This document shows positions 40,278 through 50,363 of a stretch of DNA of 64,000 bases, one piece after another (position 1 is the stretch's first letter; each line of letters starts with the position of its first letter). The translations under genes were made by a program, and so were the position numbers. The notes below the pieces were generated by a model. The model saw only the letters and a program-made list of their open reading frames with translations, searched no databases and was not told where the DNA came from. Origin of the DNA: an uncultured Anaeromicropila sp. Its GTDB lineage: Bacteria > Bacillota > Clostridia > Lachnospirales > Lachnospiraceae. The DNA is taken from NCBI GenBank assembly GCA_964409685.1, contig CAYPEJ010000014.1, positions 16,444 through 80,443 of the forward strand, given 5' to 3'.

Positions 40278-41870
40278 ATGACAACAATAGGTATTCTACT
40301 AATCTCATGCGTGATTCTGTTATGTGTGCTTGCAGAGAAATTTTCAGATAAGTTTGGAATGCCAGCCTTAATACTATTTATGTTTATAGGTATGCTATTC
40401 GGGAGTGACGGAATACTGAAGATTCCATTTGATAACTTCACGCTAGCAGAACAGATTTGTTCTATTGCATTGATTTTCATTATGTATTACGGAGGATTCA
40501 ATACAAAATGGCAAGCAGCAAAAGAAGTCGCGGTTAAATCTGTTTTGATGTCCACTGTGGGAGTTGTTCTAACGGCAGTTATTACCGCAGTGTTATGTAG
40601 ATGTTTTTTACATTTATCCATGATAGAAAGTTTCCTAATAGGAGCAGTATTATCGTCAACCGATGCAGCCAGTGTATTTGCCATACTTCGTAAGAAAAAA
40701 TTGAATTTAAGAGATGGAACGGCATCTCTTTTGGAAGTAGAAAGTGGTAGTAATGATCCTGTATCGTATATGTTGACTATCATTGCAATCAACTTAATGA
40801 ATGCAGATAAACACATTAACATCGCAGCCATTATTATTTTACAAATTGCACTAGGTTTACTTATTGGAGTAATCTTTTCCAAAATATCCATTGTCATTAT
40901 GACAAAAACAAAACTCATATCCGAAGGATTGGATACGATATTTGTCATTGCCATGGTACTATCTTGTTACGGAATTGCAAGTTTAGTAGGTGGCAATGCA
41001 TACTTAAGTGTTTATATTATGGGGATATTAGTTGGTAATAGTAGAATTAAAAATAAGCAGACGTTGATTCCATTCTTTGATGGGGTTACCAGTTTGGCGC
41101 AGATTCTTATTTTCTTTTTATTAGGACTACTAACATTTCCACATGAAATGCCAGAGATAATGCTGATGTCGGTAGCGATAGTCGTATTTCTTACACTTAT
41201 TGCAAGACCGATTACGGTGTTATTGCTTTTAATTCCTTTAAAATGCAGCATTCGTCAATGTGCCTTAATATCATGGGCAGGACTAAGAGGGGCTTCCTCC
41301 TCCGTGTTTGCCATTATGGCGGTGGCAAATGGAATTACCATGAAACAGGATTTGTTCCATATCGTATTTATGGTTTCCTTGTTCTCTGTTTCCATACAGG
41401 GAACATTCCTTCCTTGGGTTTCTAAGAAATTAGGAATGGTAGACGAGACAGCCGACGTTCGTAAGACATTCAATGATTATCAAGAAGAGTCAGCATTTAC
41501 CTTGATGCGAATGTTTATTCCAAAAGGTCATAACTGGGAAAATAAGATGATTAGGGACGTAAATATGCCAACGGGTTCCTTAGCATTAATGATTAAGCGT
41601 AAAGATGAAACGATTATTACAAAAGGAGATACCATGATTCTTGCGGGGGATAGTGTAATTCTCAATGTGCCATCTTATGAACCAGGAGAGGCAGAGGAAT
41701 TAGAAGAGAATGTAATTGAGAAGGAAAATCCTTGGTGTGATAAGAGGATCAAAGAACTTGAATTGGCATCGGATGAGTTGATAGTAATGATTATTAGAGG
41801 TGCGGAAAGTATTATTCCAGATGGGAAGACAAAGATACAGGAAGGGGATGTTGTGGTGACGTATCGTTAG
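40278..41870 (+). CDS. K+/H+ antiporter (NhaP2/CvrA-like) with TrkA-C domains
   Basis: SSTDAASVF, ESGSNDP, WAGLRGA; two RCK-C repeats. Confidence 0.92.
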   Translation: MTTIGILLISCVILLCVLAEKFSDKFGMPALILFMFIGMLFGSDGILKIPFDNFTLAEQICSIALIFIMYYGGFNTKWQAAKEVAVKSVLMSTVGVVLTAVITAVLCRCFLHLSMIESFLIGAVLSSTDAASVFAILRKKKLNLRDGTASLLEVESGSNDPVSYMLTIIAINLMNADKHINIAAIIILQIALGLLIGVIFSKISIVIMTKTKLISEGLDTIFVIAMVLSCYGIASLVGGNAYLSVYIMGILVGNSRIKNKQTLIPFFDGVTSLAQILIFFLLGLLTFPHEMPEIMLMSVAIVVFLTLIARPITVLLLLIPLKCSIRQCALISWAGLRGASSSVFAIMAVANGITMKQDLFHIVFMVSLFSVSIQGTFLPWVSKKLGMVDETADVRKTFNDYQEESAFTLMRMFIPKGHNWENKMIRDVNMPTGSLALMIKRKDETIITKGDTMILAGDSVILNVPSYEPGEAEELEENVIEKENPWCDKRIKELELASDELIVMIIRGAESIIPDGKTKIQEGDVVVTYR

Positions 41871-41930
41871 GGGAATTTAGTAAAGAAATGAATAGGGGAG
41901 AGATAAGAACATCTTATTTGGTGTACACAG

Positions 41931-41969
41931 TATAAAAAGTTCCCAATATTTGCATGGGAACTTTTTATA
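41931..41969. terminator. Bidirectional terminator
   Basis: TATAAAAAGTTCCCA..TGGGAACTTTTTATA between convergent genes. Confidence 0.75.
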
Positions 41970-42002
41970 GTTATAGAGAACAAAATATTATTTGTACATT
42001 AT

Positions 42003-42887
42003 CTATTTACTAGATGCATCAATTTCAGCAATAATATGCTTTTGCGCAAAGAGATATAAGTTCATAAAGTCAGAAAAAATGGATTGTTGCTCTTTATCTT
42101 TATTGTACGCTTCTATTTGAGAATCTAAAAAGCAAAGTTCAGTAAATTCATAAAAATTGTAAGCCTTCTCTTTTTCATCATATTTTAGTTCAACTTGATA
42201 TACGCTATGATCGGCAGTGTACACATAAAGAATATAGGAGGTGCTAATTTCATCGAAGTCTAGTAATTGTACCTTAGTTGCCTGCGTGGATTCATGAAAG
42301 ATAGCATAATCGTATTGTGGTTTGCTGTCAGAGTAATCAAAATATCGATACCAAATTAATTGTGTTATCTCTTGCAACTTAGCCTCTTTTTCATCAAAAT
42401 TTGAAAACTTAATATTTTCTTTTGCTTCTACAAAGAAGTCACCAGAACAAAGGAAAGGTAAGTCTTCTTGAAGTGTGATTTCTTCCAATTTACTATTATT
42501 TGGTTCATGGGATAATGATAAATCATAATTCAATTTAAATAAAGTGTTCTTATATATGTCCCCCTCTTCGTTTACATCTAGTGTCACTAAAAAATAATTC
42601 TGTGGTGCTGAATAAATATTAAATTTTATTTTTTCACCTTCATGAATTGTTTCACTGTCATTAGCATTCATATTATATTTGCGATAATACTCGCTGTAGA
42701 AATTACTTACCGTTTGTATAATAAAATCATTGGAAATACTTTGTGTTGTATCAGTAGTTGATATTGGGTCAGCAGTAGAGGTATTTGAATTATGTAAAGT
42801 GGCTGTGTTTGTACGATTTCCACAGGAAGATAGAAGAAATAAAAGTAAGGTGGATATTGTACATATGGATAATTTAAATTTAGACAT
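42003..42887 (-). CDS. Hypothetical lipoprotein
   Basis: Signal peptide with LSSC lipobox; Ser/Thr linker. Confidence 0.75.
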   Translation of the reverse strand: MSKFKLSICTISTLLLFLLSSCGNRTNTATLHNSNTSTADPISTTDTTQSISNDFIIQTVSNFYSEYYRKYNMNANDSETIHEGEKIKFNIYSAPQNYFLVTLDVNEEGDIYKNTLFKLNYDLSLSHEPNNSKLEEITLQEDLPFLCSGDFFVEAKENIKFSNFDEKEAKLQEITQLIWYRYFDYSDSKPQYDYAIFHESTQATKVQLLDFDEISTSYILYVYTADHSVYQVELKYDEKEKAYNFYEFTELCFLDSQIEAYNKDKEQQSIFSDFMNLYLFAQKHIIAEIDASSK

Positions 42888-43448
42888 TCTAATTTGTCCT
42901 TTCTATGAGTTTTCATATTGGATTATGTAAAAGAATAGTTAGCTCCATATTCAAATGAATATGAAGAAGCAATATTGCTCTTTATACAAAGAACTTTATA
43001 TATTCAATGAAAATTTGTCAATCGTAATCTTTATAAAAAATATAGATGAATTAAGCACACAAAAGGAGCAGTTTTTTACTGTGTGAAAATAAGTGATGAT
43101 GGAAACACTTAGTGCATATGCAAATATAAATAAAAAGAAAAAGATAAATAGAAAGTTAAATAATTTACAAATATAAGAGATGAAAGAATGGAAAAAGTTT
43201 GTGTAAAAATAAAAAGTGAGAAAAAAGAATGGGAAAGTATTTACATAAAAATGAAAAAGTGGTAAAGTAGTAAAATTAGCATTAAGATTTACTGAATGAA
43301 TTGTAAGCGACTGACACAATGACATTGAAAAGAAACTCATAGTACATAGAAAAGCACGGAAAGTAAATTGCATTGTTTCATAAAGTGGGGAATTATGTTG
43401 TTGTTTTTTACACAAATATAATAAGGTGAGGAAGTTGAATACAAAAGT

Positions 43449-44444
43449 ATGAGCAAAGCTAATAAAAGAAAACTAACCATTGATGAGCAAATTAAGGATT
43501 TAGATAGTAAAGGGGTTAAGTTTGAACTATATTCCAAAGAAAATGCGAAAAGATTTCTACAATATAATAACTATTATTTTAAGCTAAAATCCTATGCAAA
43601 AAATTATCCTATTAATCCAAAGACATCTAAGTATGTAAATTTAGATTTTGCATATCTTGTTGAATTGTCAAAGATTGATATGTATTTACGTAAAATTATC
43701 TTAGAAATGTCATTAGATGTAGAGCACTATTTAAAGGTTAGACTGTTGAATGACTTATGTAATAATGATAATGAAGATGGATATGCGATTGTACATACGT
43801 TTTTAAATGCAAATAAGCGTATAATAACTGATATTAAATGCAAGGCAAATACGTATTCATTTTGCTCAGATTTAGCTGAAAAGTACAATAATGTAGATGA
43901 AGGTGAAGAGATTCCACTGTGGAATATTGTTGAGGTGTTAAGTTTTGGTGACTTTATACAGTTATATGTATGCTATTATCAGACATATAATGAAAGAAAA
44001 TTTAATTACTGTGCATTTCTGAATTCAATAAAATTTATTAGAAATGCAGCTGCACATAATAATTGTATTTTGTGTTCGCTAAAAAAGCCAGCTGGAACTT
44101 CTAAATTCCGTAAAACGAAGGAACTTACCAATGTACTAGGTAAGATTCCAGAACTGGCAGAGCAAAAAAGAGACAAGATGATGAAAAATCCAGTTATTCA
44201 TGATTTTGTTGCACTATTATTTGTTTATTGTGATATATTAAAATTATCAGATACAGTAAAGAGTAGAAACAAAAGAATAAATGAATTAAGAAAATACTTT
44301 TGTGGCGATGATGGTAGAGTATTGAAAAATCGAGATTATTTTAAGAGTAATGGTTATATAAGAGAATCATATCAGTTTGTAAGTAGTATAATTAAGTATA
44401 TTGACAAGAAAAATCATGATCCTCGTCATAGAAACTTTCTTTAA
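43449..44444 (+). CDS. Abi_2 (AbiD/AbiF-like) HEPN protein
   Basis: LTIDEQI..L..KG, NYYFKL..Y, PLW..VE.LSFG, IRNAAAHNN. Confidence 0.88.
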   Translation: MSKANKRKLTIDEQIKDLDSKGVKFELYSKENAKRFLQYNNYYFKLKSYAKNYPINPKTSKYVNLDFAYLVELSKIDMYLRKIILEMSLDVEHYLKVRLLNDLCNNDNEDGYAIVHTFLNANKRIITDIKCKANTYSFCSDLAEKYNNVDEGEEIPLWNIVEVLSFGDFIQLYVCYYQTYNERKFNYCAFLNSIKFIRNAAAHNNCILCSLKKPAGTSKFRKTKELTNVLGKIPELAEQKRDKMMKNPVIHDFVALLFVYCDILKLSDTVKSRNKRINELRKYFCGDDGRVLKNRDYFKSNGYIRESYQFVSSIIKYIDKKNHDPRHRNFL

Positions 44445-44449
44445 ATTTG

Positions 44450-44603
44450 TTGACAAATATGAGCACAAAGAATATAATAGCTCTGTAGAACAAAAATTGT
44501 AATAAATTTTTACCAGGAATTTGCTTGCAATGAACTGGATTTGTGCTATTTGAAAAATTCTCTATAGAGTATAGCTTGTCTATTCTATAGAGAATTTTTT
44601 TTG
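44450..44603 (+). ncRNA. Putative sRNA downstream of the abi gene (promoter to terminator)
   Basis: TTGACA(44450)-17 bp-TATAAT(44473); about 115 nt with no plausible CDS; terminator AAAATTCTCTATAGA..TCTATAGAGAATTTT. Confidence 0.7.
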
Positions 44604-44795
44604 TATTACAAACAATGTAAAAAAGAAATACTTACACACACTCGAGTTTTCTTCACATACTCTTACATACGCAAAAAGAGCTATTGCCACCAACAAAGTT
44701 GATCGGACAATAGCTCTTTCATTTTGGGAAAGGGAAATATATTTATTACTTAAAAATTTTGATTAATAATTTCTACCATAAGCACCAATCCGTAC

Positions 44796-47051
44796 TTACG
44801 CTCTTGGAATCTCATTTAACTTCGCATTGAAATCAAGTAATTGTTCTTTTGTATACTCTACACCACCAGCACCTAAAAGTGATGAAAGACGAAGAATTGT
44901 ATAAGTTCCTAACATAGTCATCATTTTTTCAAGGTTTTTAGCACATTCTTCAGGAGTAGCATCTTTGTTACCACCCATCATGCCAGCCATAGCAGGAGCC
45001 ATAAATGCAACGAATGCTTCTTTACCAGCTTTAGATTTCACAATTTCTTCTACCTTATCATTTAAAGAGTAGAAACCTTCTGGTGTTGTAACATCAAACC
45101 AGTTAAGAATAGCACCTTTTTCTATTAAGCGGTATGCTTCATTGAACTTTTCCACCTTACGGATAAAGCTTTCATCTCTACATTCGCCAGCAATAGCAAC
45201 TAAGTTAGTTTCACCTGTGTTTGGTACTTCAAAATAGAAGAAGTGAACATCACTTGTTTGTTTACCAAGGCTTACACCATTTGCAAATAGTTCAACTTCT
45301 GGTTGGTTAGAGTAAACAGTAACCTTAGTTGTTTCTTCTACACGGTCAACATAACGTTTTCCACAGATATGAACGAAAGGTTCATCAGATAACCAAGCTT
45401 TGTAAGCATAGAAGGAATCTTTCTTATATTTACGGTCAAATGTCATTAAACCTTTGTGGTTTTGTCCATTTTCGCCACCTTCGTTACGGGAGTCAGCACC
45501 GAAGTCAAACATGTTCCACACATGTGTAGCCCACATATATTTACGAGTAAATAATTGTTTGATTAATTCTTCGTGATAGTATGCTTGATATTCTTCTGTG
45601 TAGTCACCTTGTTCTGGATTAGATGTATGCCAGTTAAGTGCTTCACATCCGTATTCACTACAACCGATTGGAATGTTAGGGTACTTTTTGTGGAACTCAT
45701 CGAACCAAGGTCCGTTCATAGAAGTATTTCCACCGTACCATCCAAAGTAGTGGTTGTATGAAACAGTATCTGGAATTTGCACATATGGGTCGTCCATGCT
45801 ACACATAGATACACAAGCCATAGTTGTTAATCTTGTTTTATCCATTTCATGACATAAATCATTTAAGATAACGTGGTTTTCACGTAAATCTTCTGTAGAA
45901 TCACCTGTCATTGTGATTTCGTTGGATAATCCCCAAACAACGATAGATGGGTGATTGTAGTTTTGTACAATTAACTCCTTCATTTGAGTAATTGTGTTTT
46001 CACGACCATTTACCATGTGGTTTGAGATATAAGGAATCTCAGCCCAGACTACCATACCTTTTTCATCACATAGATCATAGAAATACTGATCATGTTGATA
46101 GTGTGCTAAACGGATTGTTGTAGCTCCCATTTCACAGATATATTCCATGTCTTCTTCGTGATGTTCAGGAAGTAATGCATTACCAATACCCCATCTATCT
46201 TGGTGACGAGATACACCACGTAAAGGATATTCTTCGCCGTTTAAGATAAATCCGTTTTCAGGATGGATTTCAAACGTACGACAACCAAAACGTGTTGATA
46301 CTTGATCAAGAACTGTTTTATCGTTTACTAAACAAACTTTCGCAGAGTAAAGATAAGGATCTTTTCTTCCGTGCCATAAATGTACATTTTCAATTGTAAA
46401 AGATACTTTTGTTTCAGAAGCATCTACTGTAGTTGTAGCAACTGTGTTGCCTTCTGCATCCTCTAAAGTATATTCTAATTTTTGACCAGCTTTTGCATTT
46501 GTTACAAATACTTCCACTTCTACGTCAGCATTTTCACCTTTTACTTCTGGAGTTACTTTGATACCAGGGCATCCGTAGTATTCTAAGTCAAAGTGAGATT
46601 CGCTTACTGCAATGATGTTTACATCTCTGTAAAGACCACCGTAGAATGTGAAGTCAGCATGTTGAGGGTATACTGTTTCATTTACAGAGTTATCTACTTC
46701 GATTACAAATAAGTTTTTGTCTTCTAATACATCTGTAATGTCCACTCTCCATGTAGAGTATCCACCGTCATGGTGAGCTAAATGTTTTCCATTTACATAG
46801 ACGTCAGCAGAAGAGTTTGCACCATTTAATTCTAGGAAATAACGATCTGCTTCTGGTAAATTTATTTTTTCCAATTCTTTTGCATAGAAAGCAGTACCTC
46901 TATATAAATCATTACCGCCATCTTGTCCATCAATATCGTTCCATGTATGTGGTAAAGTTACCCAATACCATTTTTCAGGCATAGTAGCTGGAATCGCTGT
47001 AGCTTCTTTTGAGAAAGCCCATTTTGTATTGAAATTATAAATTGTTCTCAT
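44796..47051 (-). CDS. GH2 beta-galactosidase-like glycoside hydrolase
   Basis: GVSRHQD, IRLAHY, NHPSIVVWGLSNE, SEYG, WNMFDF. Confidence 0.92.
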   Translation of the reverse strand: MRTIYNFNTKWAFSKEATAIPATMPEKWYWVTLPHTWNDIDGQDGGNDLYRGTAFYAKELEKINLPEADRYFLELNGANSSADVYVNGKHLAHHDGGYSTWRVDITDVLEDKNLFVIEVDNSVNETVYPQHADFTFYGGLYRDVNIIAVSESHFDLEYYGCPGIKVTPEVKGENADVEVEVFVTNAKAGQKLEYTLEDAEGNTVATTTVDASETKVSFTIENVHLWHGRKDPYLYSAKVCLVNDKTVLDQVSTRFGCRTFEIHPENGFILNGEEYPLRGVSRHQDRWGIGNALLPEHHEEDMEYICEMGATTIRLAHYQHDQYFYDLCDEKGMVVWAEIPYISNHMVNGRENTITQMKELIVQNYNHPSIVVWGLSNEITMTGDSTEDLRENHVILNDLCHEMDKTRLTTMACVSMCSMDDPYVQIPDTVSYNHYFGWYGGNTSMNGPWFDEFHKKYPNIPIGCSEYGCEALNWHTSNPEQGDYTEEYQAYYHEELIKQLFTRKYMWATHVWNMFDFGADSRNEGGENGQNHKGLMTFDRKYKKDSFYAYKAWLSDEPFVHICGKRYVDRVEETTKVTVYSNQPEVELFANGVSLGKQTSDVHFFYFEVPNTGETNLVAIAGECRDESFIRKVEKFNEAYRLIEKGAILNWFDVTTPEGFYSLNDKVEEIVKSKAGKEAFVAFMAPAMAGMMGGNKDATPEECAKNLEKMMTMLGTYTILRLSSLLGAGGVEYTKEQLLDFNAKLNEIPRA

Positions 47052-47283
47052 TTCTGTCTCTCCTTCTAGTTGTTATTATCTGAGTCAGATAGTATATTTA
47101 TACTAACAAAAGTAAAGAGGAAATTGTTAGAATATTCTTTGGTTTTAGTGGTAAAATTTTTGTTCCTTAATAAAAAAGCAATAAAGATTTTACAAATATA
47201 GTTCGATATTGCTTGTATTTAGTTAAATTTATAAGACGCTATGTTATAATGTGGAAGGAATATATGTTGGGAGGAACTAAGGA

Positions 47284-48207
47284 ATGGCATATTTATTGGT
47301 GCATTTTATTGGGGAAGAGGAAAATGGAGAACAAGTCTATTTTTCAATAAGTAAGGATGGATTACATTATGAAGATTTAAATGATGGGAAACCGATTTTG
47401 ACGTTGGATATTGGGGAAAAGGGAATTCGAGATCCGTTTATTTTACGTGGTGAAAATGGAGAAGGATTTTATCTCATGGGAACAGAACTACGGATTGCTA
47501 ATAATAAGGGATGGGAAGATGCGCAATACAGAGGGAGTAGGAATATTGTATTGTCACATTCGATGGATTTGATACACTGGTCAAAATTTAAGTTAGTTTC
47601 AGTAGGGCTTCCAGAAGCAGGTTGTGTGTGGGCACCAGAAGCGATTTATGACAAGGAAAATGGTATCTATATGGTGTTTTTCTCATCGTTGGTGAAAGAA
47701 GTTGGAGAGGAGAGGGCGAAGCATAGAATTTATGCTGTTTCTACAAAGGATTTTTTGACATTTTCCAAGGCAGAGAAGTATATGGAGAGAGACCATGATG
47801 TAATTGATATGACGATTTTGCATTATGATGGTATGTATTATAGATATTTCAAAGATGAAAGTACGAAGCGGATTCTAGGCGAAAGAGGAAGAAGGTTGCA
47901 CGGAGCTTTTGAACGAATAGATTCAACCGTTTTGGAAGAATTAGATGGAGTAGAAGGTCCTATTATTTTTCCAATCCAAGGAGGTCAAAAAGAGCAGGAC
48001 GGAAAACAGTGGTGTCTTATGGTCGATCAATTTGCAAAGGGATTAGGATATATGCCAATGGTTACGGAACAACTGGATTTAGGCGAATTTAGCATATTAC
48101 ACGAAATGGAATATGATATGGGAAAAACGCAAAAACGTCACGGAAGCGTACTAGTAATCCATGAAAAAGAGTATGAGGAATTATGTAGATATTACTTAAA
48201 AAAATGA
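47284..48207 (+). CDS. GH43-like glycoside hydrolase
   Basis: GIRDPFI, WAPE, VID, VEGP, RHGSV. Confidence 0.85.
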   Translation: MAYLLVHFIGEEENGEQVYFSISKDGLHYEDLNDGKPILTLDIGEKGIRDPFILRGENGEGFYLMGTELRIANNKGWEDAQYRGSRNIVLSHSMDLIHWSKFKLVSVGLPEAGCVWAPEAIYDKENGIYMVFFSSLVKEVGEERAKHRIYAVSTKDFLTFSKAEKYMERDHDVIDMTILHYDGMYYRYFKDESTKRILGERGRRLHGAFERIDSTVLEELDGVEGPIIFPIQGGQKEQDGKQWCLMVDQFAKGLGYMPMVTEQLDLGEFSILHEMEYDMGKTQKRHGSVLVIHEKEYEELCRYYLKK

Positions 48208-48317
48208 GCGAATATAGTTGTGATAGAATACAAATTGTGCTAAACTACAAATAAGGTTTAGTTATATACAAGGTTGGTAGCCTCCTACACAGTACATATG
48301 TGAGGAGGTGGTGTGAA

Positions 48318-48437
48318 ATGACAGCATATGAAACTATTACAGTAATCATAGGTCTTATGTCATTATTGATTTCCTTTGGGAAATTCATAATCGCGCTGCT
48401 TTCTTTCGATAAGAGAGAAAAAAAGCATAAAAAATAA
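48318..48437 (+). CDS. Type I toxin-like 39-aa membrane peptide (holin-like toxin)
   Basis: GAGGAGGTG RBS; MTAYETITVIIGLMSLLISFGKFIIALLSFDKREKKHKK. Confidence 0.8.
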   Translation: MTAYETITVIIGLMSLLISFGKFIIALLSFDKREKKHKK

Positions 48438-48532
48438 GCCAACCCTGTTCAGCACAACAGGATTGGCGGTGTCCTTAGGGACATAAACCAAACAATGAGG
48501 CTACCACATAGTGGATAACTAAACCTCTTTAT
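48428..48532 (-). ncRNA. Putative antisense antitoxin RNA
   Basis: Minus-strand TTGAAT(48567-62)-17 bp-TATAGT(48544-39) with TG extension; terminator GCCAATCCTGT..ACAGGGTTGGC plus T tract overlapping the toxin stop. Confidence 0.65.
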
Positions 48533-48563
48533 AAATTAACTATAGCATATTTTTTCTATGTAT

Positions 48564-49412
48564 TCAAGAGAATTTCTTCCTAGAATTTTTCTTATCATTC
48601 AGATAGTAATTTACTAAGAAAAGCCCCCCAATAATCAAGATACCTTCTAACATCAGAATTAACACCTTATTACATAACTGTTCATAAGTTTCTGTATTAT
48701 CAAGTCTCTTAAGGATATATTGGCAGAATATGATTGCATACACAACCACAATACTAGAGCTACTTATCACAATGTTATATTGGTATCCTTTCATATGTAA
48801 ATAAATTAGCACACCCCAGATAATAATTGTCACTAACATAATGGTTGTGAAGATTCGCCAGATAAATGGTCCGAGCTCATATAATTCTAGTCCAAAAGGA
48901 AGTTTTTTATTTGCAAACGCAGAATCAATCCAATTCGGAATCATTACCTTTATAAGTATTCCAATAAAGCAAGCACAAATTACTTGGATTCCGATTAAAG
49001 CAAACATCCATTTTGCATCTATTCTTTTTCTAATATGCATTCCACTACCAGATCCTGAAAACATAAAATAATTACATAATAATATAATCGGCAGTAAGAT
49101 ATTAAATGTAATTGCATTATTCAGATAACGAACAGAACAATACGACAGTATAATTGAGCTTACCACAATAATGAACATACAACATAGAGACTTCATTTCC
49201 ATAGTTCGTCGGATTTTCTTCATGTAGTCAAACTCTTTTTTGGAATTATCATTTGACTTTTCATAATCGGTAGACATATTTTTCATAAAATCTCGACAAT
49301 TGGGACATCTCATTAAATGTTCGTCCACAAGTGTCCTCGATTCATCGGAACAAATATTGTCCACATAGGAAGGTAGTAAATCTTTTACCACATTACAAGA
49401 CAGATTATTCAT
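48564..49412 (-). CDS. Zinc-finger (zf-HC2) membrane anti-sigma factor
   Basis: CNVVKDLLPSY..HLMRCPNC; multiple TM segments. Confidence 0.88.
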   Translation of the reverse strand: MNNLSCNVVKDLLPSYVDNICSDESRTLVDEHLMRCPNCRDFMKNMSTDYEKSNDNSKKEFDYMKKIRRTMEMKSLCCMFIIVVSSIILSYCSVRYLNNAITFNILLPIILLCNYFMFSGSGSGMHIRKRIDAKWMFALIGIQVICACFIGILIKVMIPNWIDSAFANKKLPFGLELYELGPFIWRIFTTIMLVTIIIWGVLIYLHMKGYQYNIVISSSSIVVVYAIIFCQYILKRLDNTETYEQLCNKVLILMLEGILIIGGLFLVNYYLNDKKNSRKKFS

Positions 49413-49887
49413 ATTGCCTCAGTCCTTTCACTATTTTTTCTTTTCCACGATAATAGGTTACTCGTGCCCAATTCTCACTTTTCCCAACAATTTCTCCAAT
49501 ATCCTGAAAAGATAGATCACTAGTCATGCGAATATATACAACTTCTCGCATCGGTTCTGGAAGCTTATGTATCTCCTTTATCATTTCCTTTAACGTAAAT
49601 TTTGTAACAATGTTTTCTTCTAAATTAGTATGTTCTACAAAACTTTTCTCAGAAATATCCGTAACCACTTCTCGCTTATGTTTTTCAAGATACTGATACC
49701 ACACATGTTTTGCGATCTGACAAAGCCAAACCGAAAATTTGCAAGTTCCATTATATCGTTCAAGAGATTGGTAAGCTTTTAGAAATGTTTCCTGCATTAA
49801 ATCTTCCGCAAGAGTTTCATTGTGACATTGTGCTAAGAGAAATCGGTATATATATTGGGCATGTTCTTGATAAATGTCCTCATTCAT
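49405..49887 (-). CDS. ECF sigma-70 factor
   Basis: AEDLMQETFLKA, WLCQIAK, SENWARVTYYR; AGGAGG RBS before ATG 49887. Confidence 0.9.
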   Translation of the reverse strand: MNEDIYQEHAQYIYRFLLAQCHNETLAEDLMQETFLKAYQSLERYNGTCKFSVWLCQIAKHVWYQYLEKHKREVVTDISEKSFVEHTNLEENIVTKFTLKEMIKEIHKLPEPMREVVYIRMTSDLSFQDIGEIVGKSENWARVTYYRGKEKIVKGLRQYE

Positions 49888-50222
49888 TTGGTACCTCCTT
49901 TTTCTTATATATCCAATTAAGAACCATTTCGTTACAAAATATTTTTTGAAAGTTTGATTACTATAGCACTTTTTTTTAGAATTTTCAAGAATGAGTGCTG
50001 TTACATAAAACACAGAGTTACTATAATTCGTAAATGTACGGTAAAGATAGTTATATAAATAACAATTTCACTATGTAAACAATGCAAAATTTTCAATCTG
50101 TAATACATCCGCATATAAATACAATGAATGGTAACCCTAAACATATACCCCTTTAAAACCAACAAATATATACATTACAATAAAAGAAATATGTCGGAAT
50201 AAGTCGAAAAACATGAAAAATA

Positions 50223-50254
50223 TTGTTGACTTTTTAACAATCTCATACTATACT
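50223..50254 (+). promoter_or_regulatory. adhE promoter overlapped by a Rex-like operator
   Basis: TTGTTGACTTTTTAACAA (50223-50240) covers -35 TTGACT; TATACT 17 bp later. Confidence 0.7.
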
Positions 50255-50363
50255 ATACCCGACTTAGAGAAACATAAGTTATTATTTTTACATACAAATG
50301 TTAAAAATATAACGATAATATCGTATATAACATAAAACTATAATACATGAGGAGAATCATACG

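Noticed and set aside
39761-40480. 239-aa antisense ORF and similar shadow ORFs throughout the track
   Set aside because: Lie opposite well-supported genes and carry no recognisable motifs
42996-43415. 139-aa minus-strand ORF
   Set aside because: Phe-rich shadow of an A-rich low-complexity intergenic stretch with no convincing RBS
48245-48442. 65-aa minus-strand ORF
   Set aside because: Antisense to the better-supported toxin peptide with a strong RBS
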